Shown: piece after piece, positions 46,573 through 54,769 of the stretch
How positions within the stretch are numbered: the stretch's first letter is position 1
How the letters are laid out: the number at the start of each line of letters is the position of its first letter
Origin: Verrucomicrobiota bacterium
GTDB taxonomy: Bacteria; Verrucomicrobiota; Verrucomicrobiia; Opitutales; Opitutaceae
DNA: 64,000 bases
Direction: 5' to 3'
Assembly: GCA_018239845.1 (NCBI GenBank)
Contig: JAFEGO010000055.1
Coordinates: 9,445-73,444 of the forward strand
Program-made: the position numbers and the translations under genes
Notes under the pieces: generated by a model
The model's database searches: none
The model's input: the letters and a program-made list of their open reading frames with translations, nothing else
What the model was told of the DNA's origin: nothing

Positions 46573-47754
46573 GTGACGCCCTCGGTTTCGCTTTGCCCGC
46601 CCCTCGGGCCGCCCCGACCTAGATTCATGCCCGCTCTCTCCTTCGCGCCCGCCGTCTCGCTCCTCGCCGCCTTCCAGCGTGTGTCGCCCGTCACGCCCCT
46701 GCGCACTTTCATGCGCGCCACCGAGGAGCACTTCAATCCCTCGCGCCTCGCGCCGCACACGCCGCAGGTCCGCCACGCGCAGGACGCCGTGTTTGCCGCC
46801 GGCGCAACCGGACCGCACCAACTCTGCCATGTGTTGCGCGAGCCCGGCCGCGGCCGCACGCCCACCATCGTGCTCGGCGGCTTCGTGCCCGAGTCCACCG
46901 AGCAGGTTTTCCTCCTCCGCCGCTTTCTCCTCCGATCCGGCGATGTCTATTACATCAACTACCCGCGCAACGGCTTCTCGCTCGATCTGCTCTGCGCCCA
47001 GCTCGACGACCTCGTCGAGGAGCTGACCGCGAAGAAGCAGCCGCCCGTGCTCTTCAGCGTGAGCTTCGGCGGCGGCCTCGTCCTCGAGTGGCTGCGCCGC
47101 GCGCGCCTCGCCGGCCGCAACCCCGCCCTCGCCGGCAATGTCCTTGTGAGTCCCGTCGCCTGCGTCGCCGATCTCATCGCGCCCGGCGCCGCCAAGCCCG
47201 CCACGCTCCTCGGCCGCGCCGTCAAGCCCTGGCTCGGCACCGGGGAGGTCCGCGAGGAAACCGTGGAGAAATCCCGCGTCATTTTCACCCGCATGTTCGA
47301 GGCCGGCGCGCAGAACAAGGCCTCCCTCCGCCTCCTCATGACCCGCGCCGAGCTCAACCGCCTCTACGCCGGCGTGATGGGTGCGATCCGTGGCATCAAC
47401 GCCGCCGGCGCCTGCGAGCGCGTGCGCAGCCTCGCCGGCATGGCCGCGCCGACCGCGTACTTCCAGCCCGGGCTGCTGCCCCTCACCGCCGCGCCCACGC
47501 TGATCATGTATGCCGAGCGCGAGGAGACCGTGCTCGACCCCGGCTCGCCCACGCGCTTCGCCCTCACCTCCGCCACGCAGGCCTATTTCCCCGGCGCCAA
47601 GGTCCGCACCATCGCCAACCCCTTCGGCTCGCCCGTGCAGCACGCGTCGCTGATCTTCCACGTGGCCAATTTCCTGCCGCCGCTCGCCGCGTTCTACGCC
47701 GCCCGCAAGCCGGCCAAGCTGAAGCCGAAGCCCAAGGTCCGGGCGGCTGCGTGA
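46573..47754 (+). CDS. alpha/beta-hydrolase-like hypothetical protein
   Basis: PTIVLGGFVP... and the nucleophile-elbow-like PVLFSVSFGGGLVLEWL. Lys/Pro-rich C-terminal tail. Start uncertain (alternative ATG 46627). The stop overlaps a possible GTG start of the next gene. Confidence 0.62.
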   Translation: MTPSVSLCPPLGPPRPRFMPALSFAPAVSLLAAFQRVSPVTPLRTFMRATEEHFNPSRLAPHTPQVRHAQDAVFAAGATGPHQLCHVLREPGRGRTPTIVLGGFVPESTEQVFLLRRFLLRSGDVYYINYPRNGFSLDLLCAQLDDLVEELTAKKQPPVLFSVSFGGGLVLEWLRRARLAGRNPALAGNVLVSPVACVADLIAPGAAKPATLLGRAVKPWLGTGEVREETVEKSRVIFTRMFEAGAQNKASLRLLMTRAELNRLYAGVMGAIRGINAAGACERVRSLAGMAAPTAYFQPGLLPLTAAPTLIMYAEREETVLDPGSPTRFALTSATQAYFPGAKVRTIANPFGSPVQHASLIFHVANFLPPLAAFYAARKPAKLKPKPKVRAAA

Positions 47755-47810
47755 ATGCACTTGCCGCCCCGGGCCCGGCCCGGCTGCCTGTGGGGTCCCC
47801 TGCGGGCGCC

Positions 47811-49397
47811 ATGGTCCTCCCGAAAAAACTCCTCGTCGTCGGTGCCAGCCTGAAGACCGCGCAAGCGGCCCGGCGGCTCAGGCGTCCGCGCACCGATGTG
47901 CCCGCCCAGGAAAAGATCTTCCGCGAGCTCACCGCGCAGTTCGCCGCCACCGCCTTCGGCCGCGAAAACGGCATCAAGCCCGGGATCACCTACAACGAGT
48001 TTCGCGCCCGCGTGCCCCTGCGCGCCTACGAGCAGTTCGGCCCCTACGTCGAGCGCATGAAGCGCGGCGAGGCCGACGTCCTCTGGCCCGGCACCTGCGC
48101 CTTCTACGCCGTCTCCTCCGGCACCACCGCCGGCCGCACCAAGTGGCTGCCGGTCACCGAGCAGATGTTCGCCCATTTCCGCCAGGGCGGCCTCGACTCG
48201 CTGATGTACTACACCGCGCGCGTCGGCCACGCCGGGGTGTTCAACGGCCGCCATCTCTTCCTCGGCGGCTCCACCGCGCTCACACCCATCCCCGAGTCGC
48301 AGCCGTTTGTCGCCTACGGCGGCGATCTCAGCGGCCTCACCGCCCTGAACCTCCCCGGCTGGGTCGAGCGCCACCTCTACGAGCCCGGCATCCAGATCGC
48401 GCAGATGACCGACTGGCCCGCCAAGATCGAGGCCATCGTCAACCGTACCCGAAATCTGGATATCAGTCTCGTCGCCGGCATCCCGAGCTGGCTCCTGATC
48501 CTCGCCGAGGCCCTGCGCGCCGGCGCCAGCCGCACCCGCGGCCGCCTGCCCAACCTCCAGGCCATCTGGCCCAACCTCGAGTGCCTCATCCACGGCGGCG
48601 TGCCGATCGGGCCGTTTCACGACGAGCTGCGCCTCGCCTTCGGGCCCAACGTCAATTTCCACGAGGTTTATCCCGCCTCCGAGGGCTTCATCGCCGCGCA
48701 GGATGCCGAGCCCGAGGACGGGCTGCGCCTGATGGCCCAGGCCGGCATCTTCTACGAGTTCCTCCCGATGAGCGTCTTCGACGAGTCGCTGCCCGCCGTG
48801 CTCAACGAGCAGGCCGTGCCGCTCTCGGGCGTGAAGCCCAACGTCAACTACGCGCTCATCATGACCACGCCCGCCGGCCTCTGCCGCTACGTGATCGGCG
48901 ACGCCGTGCGCTTCACCTCCACCGAGCCACCGCGCCTCCAGTATGTCGGCCGCACGCGCCTCCAGCTCAGCGCCTTCGGCGAGCACGTCATCGAGAAGGA
49001 GCTCACCGACGCCCTCACCATCATCTGCCAGCGCCACGGCTGGGTCGTGGTCAACTTCCACGTCGCCCCCATCTTCGCCAACTCCCTCACCGGCCAGCTC
49101 CGCGGCCGCCACGAGTGGTGGATCGAGCTGAAACCCGGCTCGGTCGAGACACCCACCGGCCCGCTCATGGCGCCGATGCTCGACGCCGAGCTCTCCGTCC
49201 GCAACGACGACTACGCCGCCAAGCGCCAGGGCGGCGGCCTCGAGCCCCCGCTCGTACGCCTCGTCATGCCCGGCATCTTCGAACACTGGATGCGCCACCA
49301 CGGCAAATGGGGCGGCCAGAGCAAGATGCCCCGCTGCCGCAGCGACCGCGAGATCGCCGACGAGCTCGCCGCCGTCGCCCGCTTCAACGTGGAGTGA
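47811..49397 (+). CDS. GH3 (auxin-responsive-promoter / JAR1-like) family adenylate-forming enzyme
   Basis: FRARVPLRAYEQFGPYVERMKRGEADVLWPG...YAVSSGTTAGRTKWLPVT...YGGDLSG...YEFLP...YRYVIGDAVRF match GH3-family landmarks. ATG 47811, with an alternative in-frame GTG at 47751. The track ORF from 47088 overlaps the previous gene and is rejected. Confidence 0.83.
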   Translation: MVLPKKLLVVGASLKTAQAARRLRRPRTDVPAQEKIFRELTAQFAATAFGRENGIKPGITYNEFRARVPLRAYEQFGPYVERMKRGEADVLWPGTCAFYAVSSGTTAGRTKWLPVTEQMFAHFRQGGLDSLMYYTARVGHAGVFNGRHLFLGGSTALTPIPESQPFVAYGGDLSGLTALNLPGWVERHLYEPGIQIAQMTDWPAKIEAIVNRTRNLDISLVAGIPSWLLILAEALRAGASRTRGRLPNLQAIWPNLECLIHGGVPIGPFHDELRLAFGPNVNFHEVYPASEGFIAAQDAEPEDGLRLMAQAGIFYEFLPMSVFDESLPAVLNEQAVPLSGVKPNVNYALIMTTPAGLCRYVIGDAVRFTSTEPPRLQYVGRTRLQLSAFGEHVIEKELTDALTIICQRHGWVVVNFHVAPIFANSLTGQLRGRHEWWIELKPGSVETPTGPLMAPMLDAELSVRNDDYAAKRQGGGLEPPLVRLVMPGIFEHWMRHHGKWGGQSKMPRCRSDREIADELAAVARFNVE

Positions 49398-49416
49398 GAC
49401 GGCGCATTCGCGCCCC

Positions 49417-50319
49417 TTAAAACATCACCAGCCCGATCGCCGCGAGCATCGCCGCCGCGCCCGCGAGCCGCGAGATCATCACCGCCCGCCCCACCTCGCG
49501 CTCGGCGTTGGCGAACCAGTGGCCGAGCCCCCACACGATCAGCACGCTGAAGAGCCCGCGCGAACTATAGACGATATTCACCGCCGTCGCGTTGCCCCAG
49601 AGGCCCAGCGTGATGGCAACGCCCGAGTTAGTCAGCGCGTTGGTGACCGCGCCCAGCCCCACCCAGCGCCACGCGCCGGGCTTGAGTCCGCCCAGCCCCG
49701 CCTTGGCGAAGGCCAGCAGTGCAAAAGAGTACAGCCCCACGATGAAAAACATCGGCGGAAAAAGATTCCCCGGCCCCCAGGCCGGCGCCCATTTTTGCAC
49801 GAGCACGTCGCATAGTCCGTACATCGCCGCGCTCAACACGGTCAGGCCCACGGTGGTCCCCACGCGCCGGTGCGGCGCGCCGCCGCGGATGTTCAACAGG
49901 CCCAGCGCCGCGCCGCTGAGTCCCGCCGCCACCCACCATTTCAACGGCACGTCGCCCACGCGCAGCAGCGCGCTGAAGAGCGCCACCAGCAGCACCTTCA
50001 CGCCCATAACCGGCGCGGCCACCGACACATCGCCGTGCGTGATCGCCAGAAAAATGAAGATCTGCCCCGCCATGAACAGCACTGCCATCGCCGCCGGCTG
50101 CCAGTAGAGCGACCAATCCACCGGCGCCCAGCCATGGCTGAACCACACCGGCAGGAAAATCAGCGCGCACGCCCAGTTCGCAACAAACGTTGTCCGCCAC
50201 ACGCCCACGCCGAAATCCCCCGCCCGCTTGAACGCGAGCATGCTCACCACGTACAAAAAGCCGCACGCGAGCGGGATGAGCAGGTAGGCCGGGAAATGCA
50301 TGCGCAGGGGGTAAGCCAT
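49417..50319 (-). CDS. EamA/DMT superfamily transporter
   Basis: 300 aa with ~10 predicted TM helices in two similar halves, typical of DMT/EamA proteins. Confidence 0.78.
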   Translation of the reverse strand: MAYPLRMHFPAYLLIPLACGFLYVVSMLAFKRAGDFGVGVWRTTFVANWACALIFLPVWFSHGWAPVDWSLYWQPAAMAVLFMAGQIFIFLAITHGDVSVAAPVMGVKVLLVALFSALLRVGDVPLKWWVAAGLSGAALGLLNIRGGAPHRRVGTTVGLTVLSAAMYGLCDVLVQKWAPAWGPGNLFPPMFFIVGLYSFALLAFAKAGLGGLKPGAWRWVGLGAVTNALTNSGVAITLGLWGNATAVNIVYSSRGLFSVLIVWGLGHWFANAEREVGRAVMISRLAGAAAMLAAIGLVMF

Positions 50320-50387
50320 TCACCCTGCCGCACCCCACCCGCCCCGCTCAATGCTTATCCTCGTGGGCCGCTGGCCCGCGCTCCTGC

Positions 50388-50882
50388 TTACTTCAGGTAC
50401 TTCTCCACCGTCGCCGCATACTCCTCGTGATTGACCGCACCCATCTTGCGTTCGCGGATCTTGCCCTCGCGGTCGATGATGAAGGTCGTGGGGATCGCCT
50501 CGATGCCGCCAAAGGCCTCCACCACCGCGTCGTCACCCATAACGATCGGGTAGTTAATCCCCTGCTTGGCCATGTAGGCCTTCACGCTGTCAGCCGTGTC
50601 GTTGACGGCGATGCCGACGATCACGAGCCCGTCCTTTTCGTGCTTCTTCTGGAGCGCGATGTAGCCGGGGATCTCCGTGCGGCACGGGCCGCACCAGGTG
50701 GCCCAGAAATCCACCACGACCACCTTGCCCTTGAACTGCGCGAAGCTGATCTCCTTGCCGTCCGGCGACTGCAGCTTCCACGCCGGCGCGGCGGTCGCGG
50801 GCACCGGCTCCGCACGCGAACAGGCGGCGGTGCCGAAGGAAACGATGAGAGCCAGGGCCAGGGCGATACGACGGAGTTTCAT
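50388..50882 (-). CDS. TlpA-family thiol:disulfide oxidoreductase lipoprotein
   Basis: Internal ATG 50882 gives MKLRRIALALALIVSFGTAAC (lipobox). Contains the thioredoxin motif FWATWCGPCRTEIP. Confidence 0.87.
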   Translation of the reverse strand: MKLRRIALALALIVSFGTAACSRAEPVPATAAPAWKLQSPDGKEISFAQFKGKVVVVDFWATWCGPCRTEIPGYIALQKKHEKDGLVIVGIAVNDTADSVKAYMAKQGINYPIVMGDDAVVEAFGGIEAIPTTFIIDREGKIRERKMGAVNHEEYAATVEKYLK

Positions 50883-50965
50883 AAAGGGAGTAGGATGCAA
50901 CGTGCGCGTAATGGCGCGTTGTGCAAATACGAGCCCGCAGCCCTCCACCTTGTTCCCGGCCCGGC

Positions 50966-51071
50966 AAAAAAACTTAAGCGCGGATGCACGCGAATGGGCG
51001 CCAATAATCCAGCCCGTCCCGGACCGCCGAATTCATTCGCGTGAATTCGCGGCCATTCGCGGTTAAAAAAA
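50966..51071. repeat. degenerate copy of the CGCGAAT hairpin element
   Basis: The right arm CATTCGCGTGAATTCGCGGCCATTCGCGGTTAAAAAAA is well preserved. The left arm (TTAAGCGCGGATGCACGCGAATGGGCGCCAAT) is eroded. Related to 27451-27533. Confidence 0.55.
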
Positions 51072-51078
51072 CTCCGCC

Positions 51079-51978
51079 TCAAACCAGCGGCGGTTCCCGC
51101 AGGTCGAGCGCGAGGGTCTCGATGAATTTCTTCATCGCCGGCGTGAGCACGCGGCCCTTGCGGTGCAAAATCGCGAGCGGCCGGGTGAAGTCCTTCCCCT
51201 TGAAATGGATCGCGACCAGCGTGCCCTGCTTCACTTCCTGCAGCACCGTGGCGTGCGGCACGATGGCGATGCCGTGGTCGATCTCGACCGCGCGCTTCAC
51301 CGTCTCGATGTTGTCGAACTCCATCACCGGCTCGATCTCCAGCTTGTAGTCGCGGAAGATCTGGTCGACGGCCTTGCGCGTCGGGATGTCCGGGTCGAAG
51401 CCGATGAAGCGCTGGCCCGCCAACTGGCGGAGGTCGATCTCACCCTGCTTGGCGAGCGGGTGGCTCGGGTGCGCGATGAGCACGAGGTGGTCGTTGCGGA
51501 AGGGCAGGCCCTCGATCTGGCGCTGCTTCACCGGGAAGGCCACGAGGCCGAAGTCCACCGAGTTGTGCAGGATGTCCTCGTACACGAGGTTGGAGCGGCG
51601 GTACTCCACGCGCACGTTGACCGATGGGTAGTCGTGCAGGAATTTTTTGATGTACGGCGGCAGCTCGTGCAGGCCAATCGAGTAAATCGTCGAGATGCGG
51701 ATGGTGCCGCTGATCACCTTCTTCATCTCCTGCAGCTCGCTCAGGAGCTTGTCGTAGGTGTGCAGCATCTCCTTCGCCGCCTCGTACACCCGCTGGCCCT
51801 CGCGGGTGAGCTGGAATTGTTTCTGGCTCCGGTCGATCAGCAGCGTCTTGAAGTGACGCTCCATCGCCCGCGCCTGCTGGCTCACTGCGGATTGCGTGAT
51901 GCCGTTCAACTTGGCCGACTTGGAGAAGCTCTTCGTCTCCACCAAGTCCGCGAAAATTTTGAAGTTTTCAATTTGCAT
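51079..51978 (-). CDS. LysR family transcriptional regulator
   Basis: N-terminal HTH MQIENFKIFADLVETKSFSKSAKLNGITQSAVSQQARAMERHF plus a LysR substrate-binding domain. Confidence 0.9.
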   Translation of the reverse strand: MQIENFKIFADLVETKSFSKSAKLNGITQSAVSQQARAMERHFKTLLIDRSQKQFQLTREGQRVYEAAKEMLHTYDKLLSELQEMKKVISGTIRISTIYSIGLHELPPYIKKFLHDYPSVNVRVEYRRSNLVYEDILHNSVDFGLVAFPVKQRQIEGLPFRNDHLVLIAHPSHPLAKQGEIDLRQLAGQRFIGFDPDIPTRKAVDQIFRDYKLEIEPVMEFDNIETVKRAVEIDHGIAIVPHATVLQEVKQGTLVAIHFKGKDFTRPLAILHRKGRVLTPAMKKFIETLALDLREPPLV

Positions 51979-52043
51979 GGCCAGTTTGTGTGCCGCGGAC
52001 CATAGTATCTGCTAATGCCCACGGCAACCTATAAGAAGTATTC

Positions 52044-52742
52044 ATGACATTTCCCACCTACGATGAGTTTTGCGCCCGCGTGGCCGTCGTGCGCACGCAG
52101 ATCGCCGCCGCCTGCGCCTCGGCCGGCCGCGACCCCGCCGAGGTCGGCCTGCTGGCCGTGACCAAGAACCACCCGCCCGCCGCCGCGGAGTACGCCGCGC
52201 GCCTCGGCCTCCGCGCCGTCGGCGAAAACCGGGTACAGGAGGGCGTGGAAAAACGCGCCCAGGTCGCCGCTCCGCTCGAGTGGGAGCTGATCGGTCATCT
52301 CCAGTCCAACAAGGCCCGTCTCGCCGCCACCCACTTCGACCGCGTGCAGAGCGTGGACAGCGTCAAGCTCGTCAACCACCTCGGCCGCGCCGCCGGCGAA
52401 CTCGGCAACCCCCTCCGCATTCTCCTTCAGGTCAACGCCGGCCGCGACCCCGCGAAGTTCGGCGCCGAGTTGGAAGACGCACCCGCTCTCCTCGATGCCG
52501 CGCTCGCCCAGCCCCACCTCCGCGTGGAGGGGCTCATGACGATTGCCCCGCTCTCCGACGATCCCGACGTCGCCCGCCGCACGTTTGTCACGCTGCGCGA
52601 ACTCCGCGACCGCCTCGCCGCGCAGACCGGCGCGCCGCTCCGCGAACTCTCCATGGGCATGAGCGGCGACCTCGCCGCGGCCGTCGCCGCCGGCAGCACC
52701 CTCGTCCGCATCGGCACCGCCCTCTACGGCACGCGGGACTAA
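52044..52742 (+). CDS. yggS: YggS family pyridoxal-phosphate homeostasis protein
   Basis: LLAVTKNHP (PLP Lys), GENRVQEG, HLIGHLQSNK, SMGMSGD and RIGTALYG. Confidence 0.9.
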   Translation: MTFPTYDEFCARVAVVRTQIAAACASAGRDPAEVGLLAVTKNHPPAAAEYAARLGLRAVGENRVQEGVEKRAQVAAPLEWELIGHLQSNKARLAATHFDRVQSVDSVKLVNHLGRAAGELGNPLRILLQVNAGRDPAKFGAELEDAPALLDAALAQPHLRVEGLMTIAPLSDDPDVARRTFVTLRELRDRLAAQTGAPLRELSMGMSGDLAAAVAAGSTLVRIGTALYGTRD

Positions 52743-52802
52743 TTTCCGCCCCGCGCGCCTTTCCGAGTTGCCGCCGCGGGAAAACCTTCTTCGTTTCCCA
52801 TC

Positions 52803-53669
52803 GTGGAAACCGCCCAGCTCACCGAGACCGACCGTCTGGCGTTCCGGAGTTTGCTTGATGACGAGAGCCCCGCCGTCCGTCCCGGCCTCCTCGCCCACTT
52901 CACCCGCCTCGGCGCCGCCGCGGCCCATTTTCTCCAGGAGATCGCCGGCGGTCCCGATCGCGTGCTCGCGCGCCACGCCGCGTGGTTCCTCACCGAGCTG
53001 AAGTTCTCCGATCCCGTCGCCGAGTTCCGCGGCTTCATCCGCTCGCTCAATTACGAGCTCGAGACCGGCGCGCTGCTCCTCAGCCGCACCGTGTCGCCGC
53101 AGCTCGATGTCGGCGCGTGCTGCGCCACCCTCGACGCCATCGCCGCCCGCTGCCGCGAACTCATCAGCGCCCCCGCCAGCGCGCGCGAGCAGTGCCGCAT
53201 CATCAACCGCGTGCTCTTCCACGAGTGGGGCTTCCGCGGCAACGTCGAGCACTACACCGATCCCGCCAACAGCTTCCTCGACCGCGTGCTCGAGCGCCGC
53301 AAGGGCATCCCCATTTCCCTCAGCATCCTCTATCTCCTCGTCGCGCAACGCGTCGGCCTCGAGCTCGAGCCCGTCGGCCTGCCCGGCCACTTCATCGTCG
53401 GCTGCTTCAGCGACGCGCAGCCCTTCTTCGTCGATCCCTTCGACAAGGGCCTCCTCCTCGACCCCGACGAGATCTTCTCCCTCCTGCGCGCCAACCAGAT
53501 CGAGCCCAAGGCCACCGACCTGATGCCCACGCCCGTCCGCGAGGTCCTCTGCCGCAGCTGCCGCAACCTCGTGAACCACTACCACGCCGCCGGCGACCCC
53601 GAGAAGGCGCGCCTCTTCGCCAGCTTCATCGAGGAGTTCAACGCCACCTACGAGCGGAACTCGCTCTGA
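52803..53669 (+). CDS. SirB1/transglutaminase-like family protein with N-terminal HEAT-like segment
   Basis: GTG start. YTDPANSFLDRVLERRKGIPISLSILYLLVAQRVGLELEPVGLPGHFIV matches the SirB1 (YchA-like) transglutaminase-like region. Confidence 0.72.
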   Translation: METAQLTETDRLAFRSLLDDESPAVRPGLLAHFTRLGAAAAHFLQEIAGGPDRVLARHAAWFLTELKFSDPVAEFRGFIRSLNYELETGALLLSRTVSPQLDVGACCATLDAIAARCRELISAPASAREQCRIINRVLFHEWGFRGNVEHYTDPANSFLDRVLERRKGIPISLSILYLLVAQRVGLELEPVGLPGHFIVGCFSDAQPFFVDPFDKGLLLDPDEIFSLLRANQIEPKATDLMPTPVREVLCRSCRNLVNHYHAAGDPEKARLFASFIEEFNATYERNSL

Positions 53670-53773
53670 AATTTTCGATTTTGGATGGCCGAGGTCCTGC
53701 GGACTGGACTCGATTTTCGATTTCCCGATTGAAGGCAGCCAATCGAAAATAGAGAATCCAAAATCGAAAATTG
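53669..53773. repeat. AT-rich ~105-nt imperfect hairpin element built from AAAATCGAAAAT-type motifs
   Basis: The outer arms AAATTTTCGATTTTGGAT (53669-53686) and ATCCAAAATCGAAAATT (53756-53772) are complementary. Inner arms are CGATTTTCGATTTCCCGATTG and CAATCGAAAATAGAGAATC. Confidence 0.65.
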
Positions 53774-54691
53774 AACTCTTCTTCCGCCCCGCTTCCGCCC
53801 CTGACTCTGTCCGACCTGGACTCCTGGTCGCACCCCGGCACCGCACTCGCCGTGATCGGCCATCCGATCAAGCACTCGATCAGCCCGGCGATGCACAACG
53901 CCGCACTCGCCGCCATGGCCGGCACCGACGCGCGTTTCGGATCGTGGCAGTATTTCCGCTTCGACGTCCCGCCCGCCGACCTGCCCCGCGCCCTCACCCT
54001 GCTCCACGCGAAAAAATTCCGCGGCCTCAACCTCACCGTCCCGCACAAGATTCTGGCATTCAATCTCGTCGTCGCCGTCGATCCTGCAGCGAAGCCCATC
54101 GGCGCCGTCAACACCCTGCGCTGGAGCGAACAGGGCTGGCAGGGCTTCAACACCGACGGCCACGGCCTCGCCTCCGCCGTCCGCGCCGACCTCGGCTGCG
54201 AGCTCGCCGGCGCGCACATTATCCTTCTCGGGGCCGGTGGCGCCGCCCGCGGGGCCGCCGTCGAGTGCCTGCAGCGCCGCTGTGCCTCCCTCTGGATCGC
54301 CAACCGCACCGCGGAAAATCTCGCCGCGCTCCTCGCCGACCTCGCCCCGCTCGCCCAAGGCATCCCGCTCCGCGGTTTCGCCCCCGCCGCGCCGCCCGCC
54401 GATCTCCCCCCCGGCGCCCTCGTGATCAACGCCACCAGCGCCGGCCTCCGCCCCGACGACCCCGCGCCCATCGACCTCGCCGCGCTGCCGCGCCCCGCCG
54501 CGGTGTTCGACATGATTTACAATCCGCCGCAGACCCCGCTGCTCCGGCAGGCCGCGGCGCTCGGCCTCCCCACCGCCAACGGCCTCGGCATGCTCGTCCA
54601 CCAAGGCGCCAAGTCCCTCGAAATCTGGAGCGGCGCCAACGTGCCCGTCTCCGCCATGCAGTCCGCCGCCCGCAGCGCCATGGGCCTATAA
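53771..54691 (+). CDS. aroE: shikimate dehydrogenase
   Basis: IGHPIKHSISPAMHNAA, RGLNLTVPHK, GAVNTL, GFNTDG and LGAGGAARGAA. The start (TTG 53771) lies inside the hairpin element and is uncertain. No in-frame ATG lies upstream of the conserved LAVIGHP block. Confidence 0.83.
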   Translation: MNSSSAPLPPLTLSDLDSWSHPGTALAVIGHPIKHSISPAMHNAALAAMAGTDARFGSWQYFRFDVPPADLPRALTLLHAKKFRGLNLTVPHKILAFNLVVAVDPAAKPIGAVNTLRWSEQGWQGFNTDGHGLASAVRADLGCELAGAHIILLGAGGAARGAAVECLQRRCASLWIANRTAENLAALLADLAPLAQGIPLRGFAPAAPPADLPPGALVINATSAGLRPDDPAPIDLAALPRPAAVFDMIYNPPQTPLLRQAAALGLPTANGLGMLVHQGAKSLEIWSGANVPVSAMQSAARSAMGL

Positions 54692-54769
54692 CCTCCCCCT
54701 CAGGCATGAGTCTCGCGACGCCGCGAGATTTCCATCTCCGCATCCCCGCCGCGATGGGCCGGTAAGCGC

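Noticed and set aside
47088-47810. Upstream extension of the GH3 ORF, and similar extensions at 56249-56422 (prepilin peptidase), 56719-57351 (prs-like), 60505-60561 (MFP), 42507-42587 (YchJ), 33363-33485, 34044-34097, 50883-50948 and 33241-33474
   Set aside because: The extensions overlap preceding genes or intergenic repeats and are Arg/Pro-rich. Internal ATGs give proper signal peptides or family-typical N-termini.
54711-54731. Short hairpin TCTCGCG-acgc-CGCGAGA followed by TTT after aroE, as a terminator
   Set aside because: The stem is 7 bp with only a 3-T tail between convergent genes. It is plausible but too weak to call as a feature.
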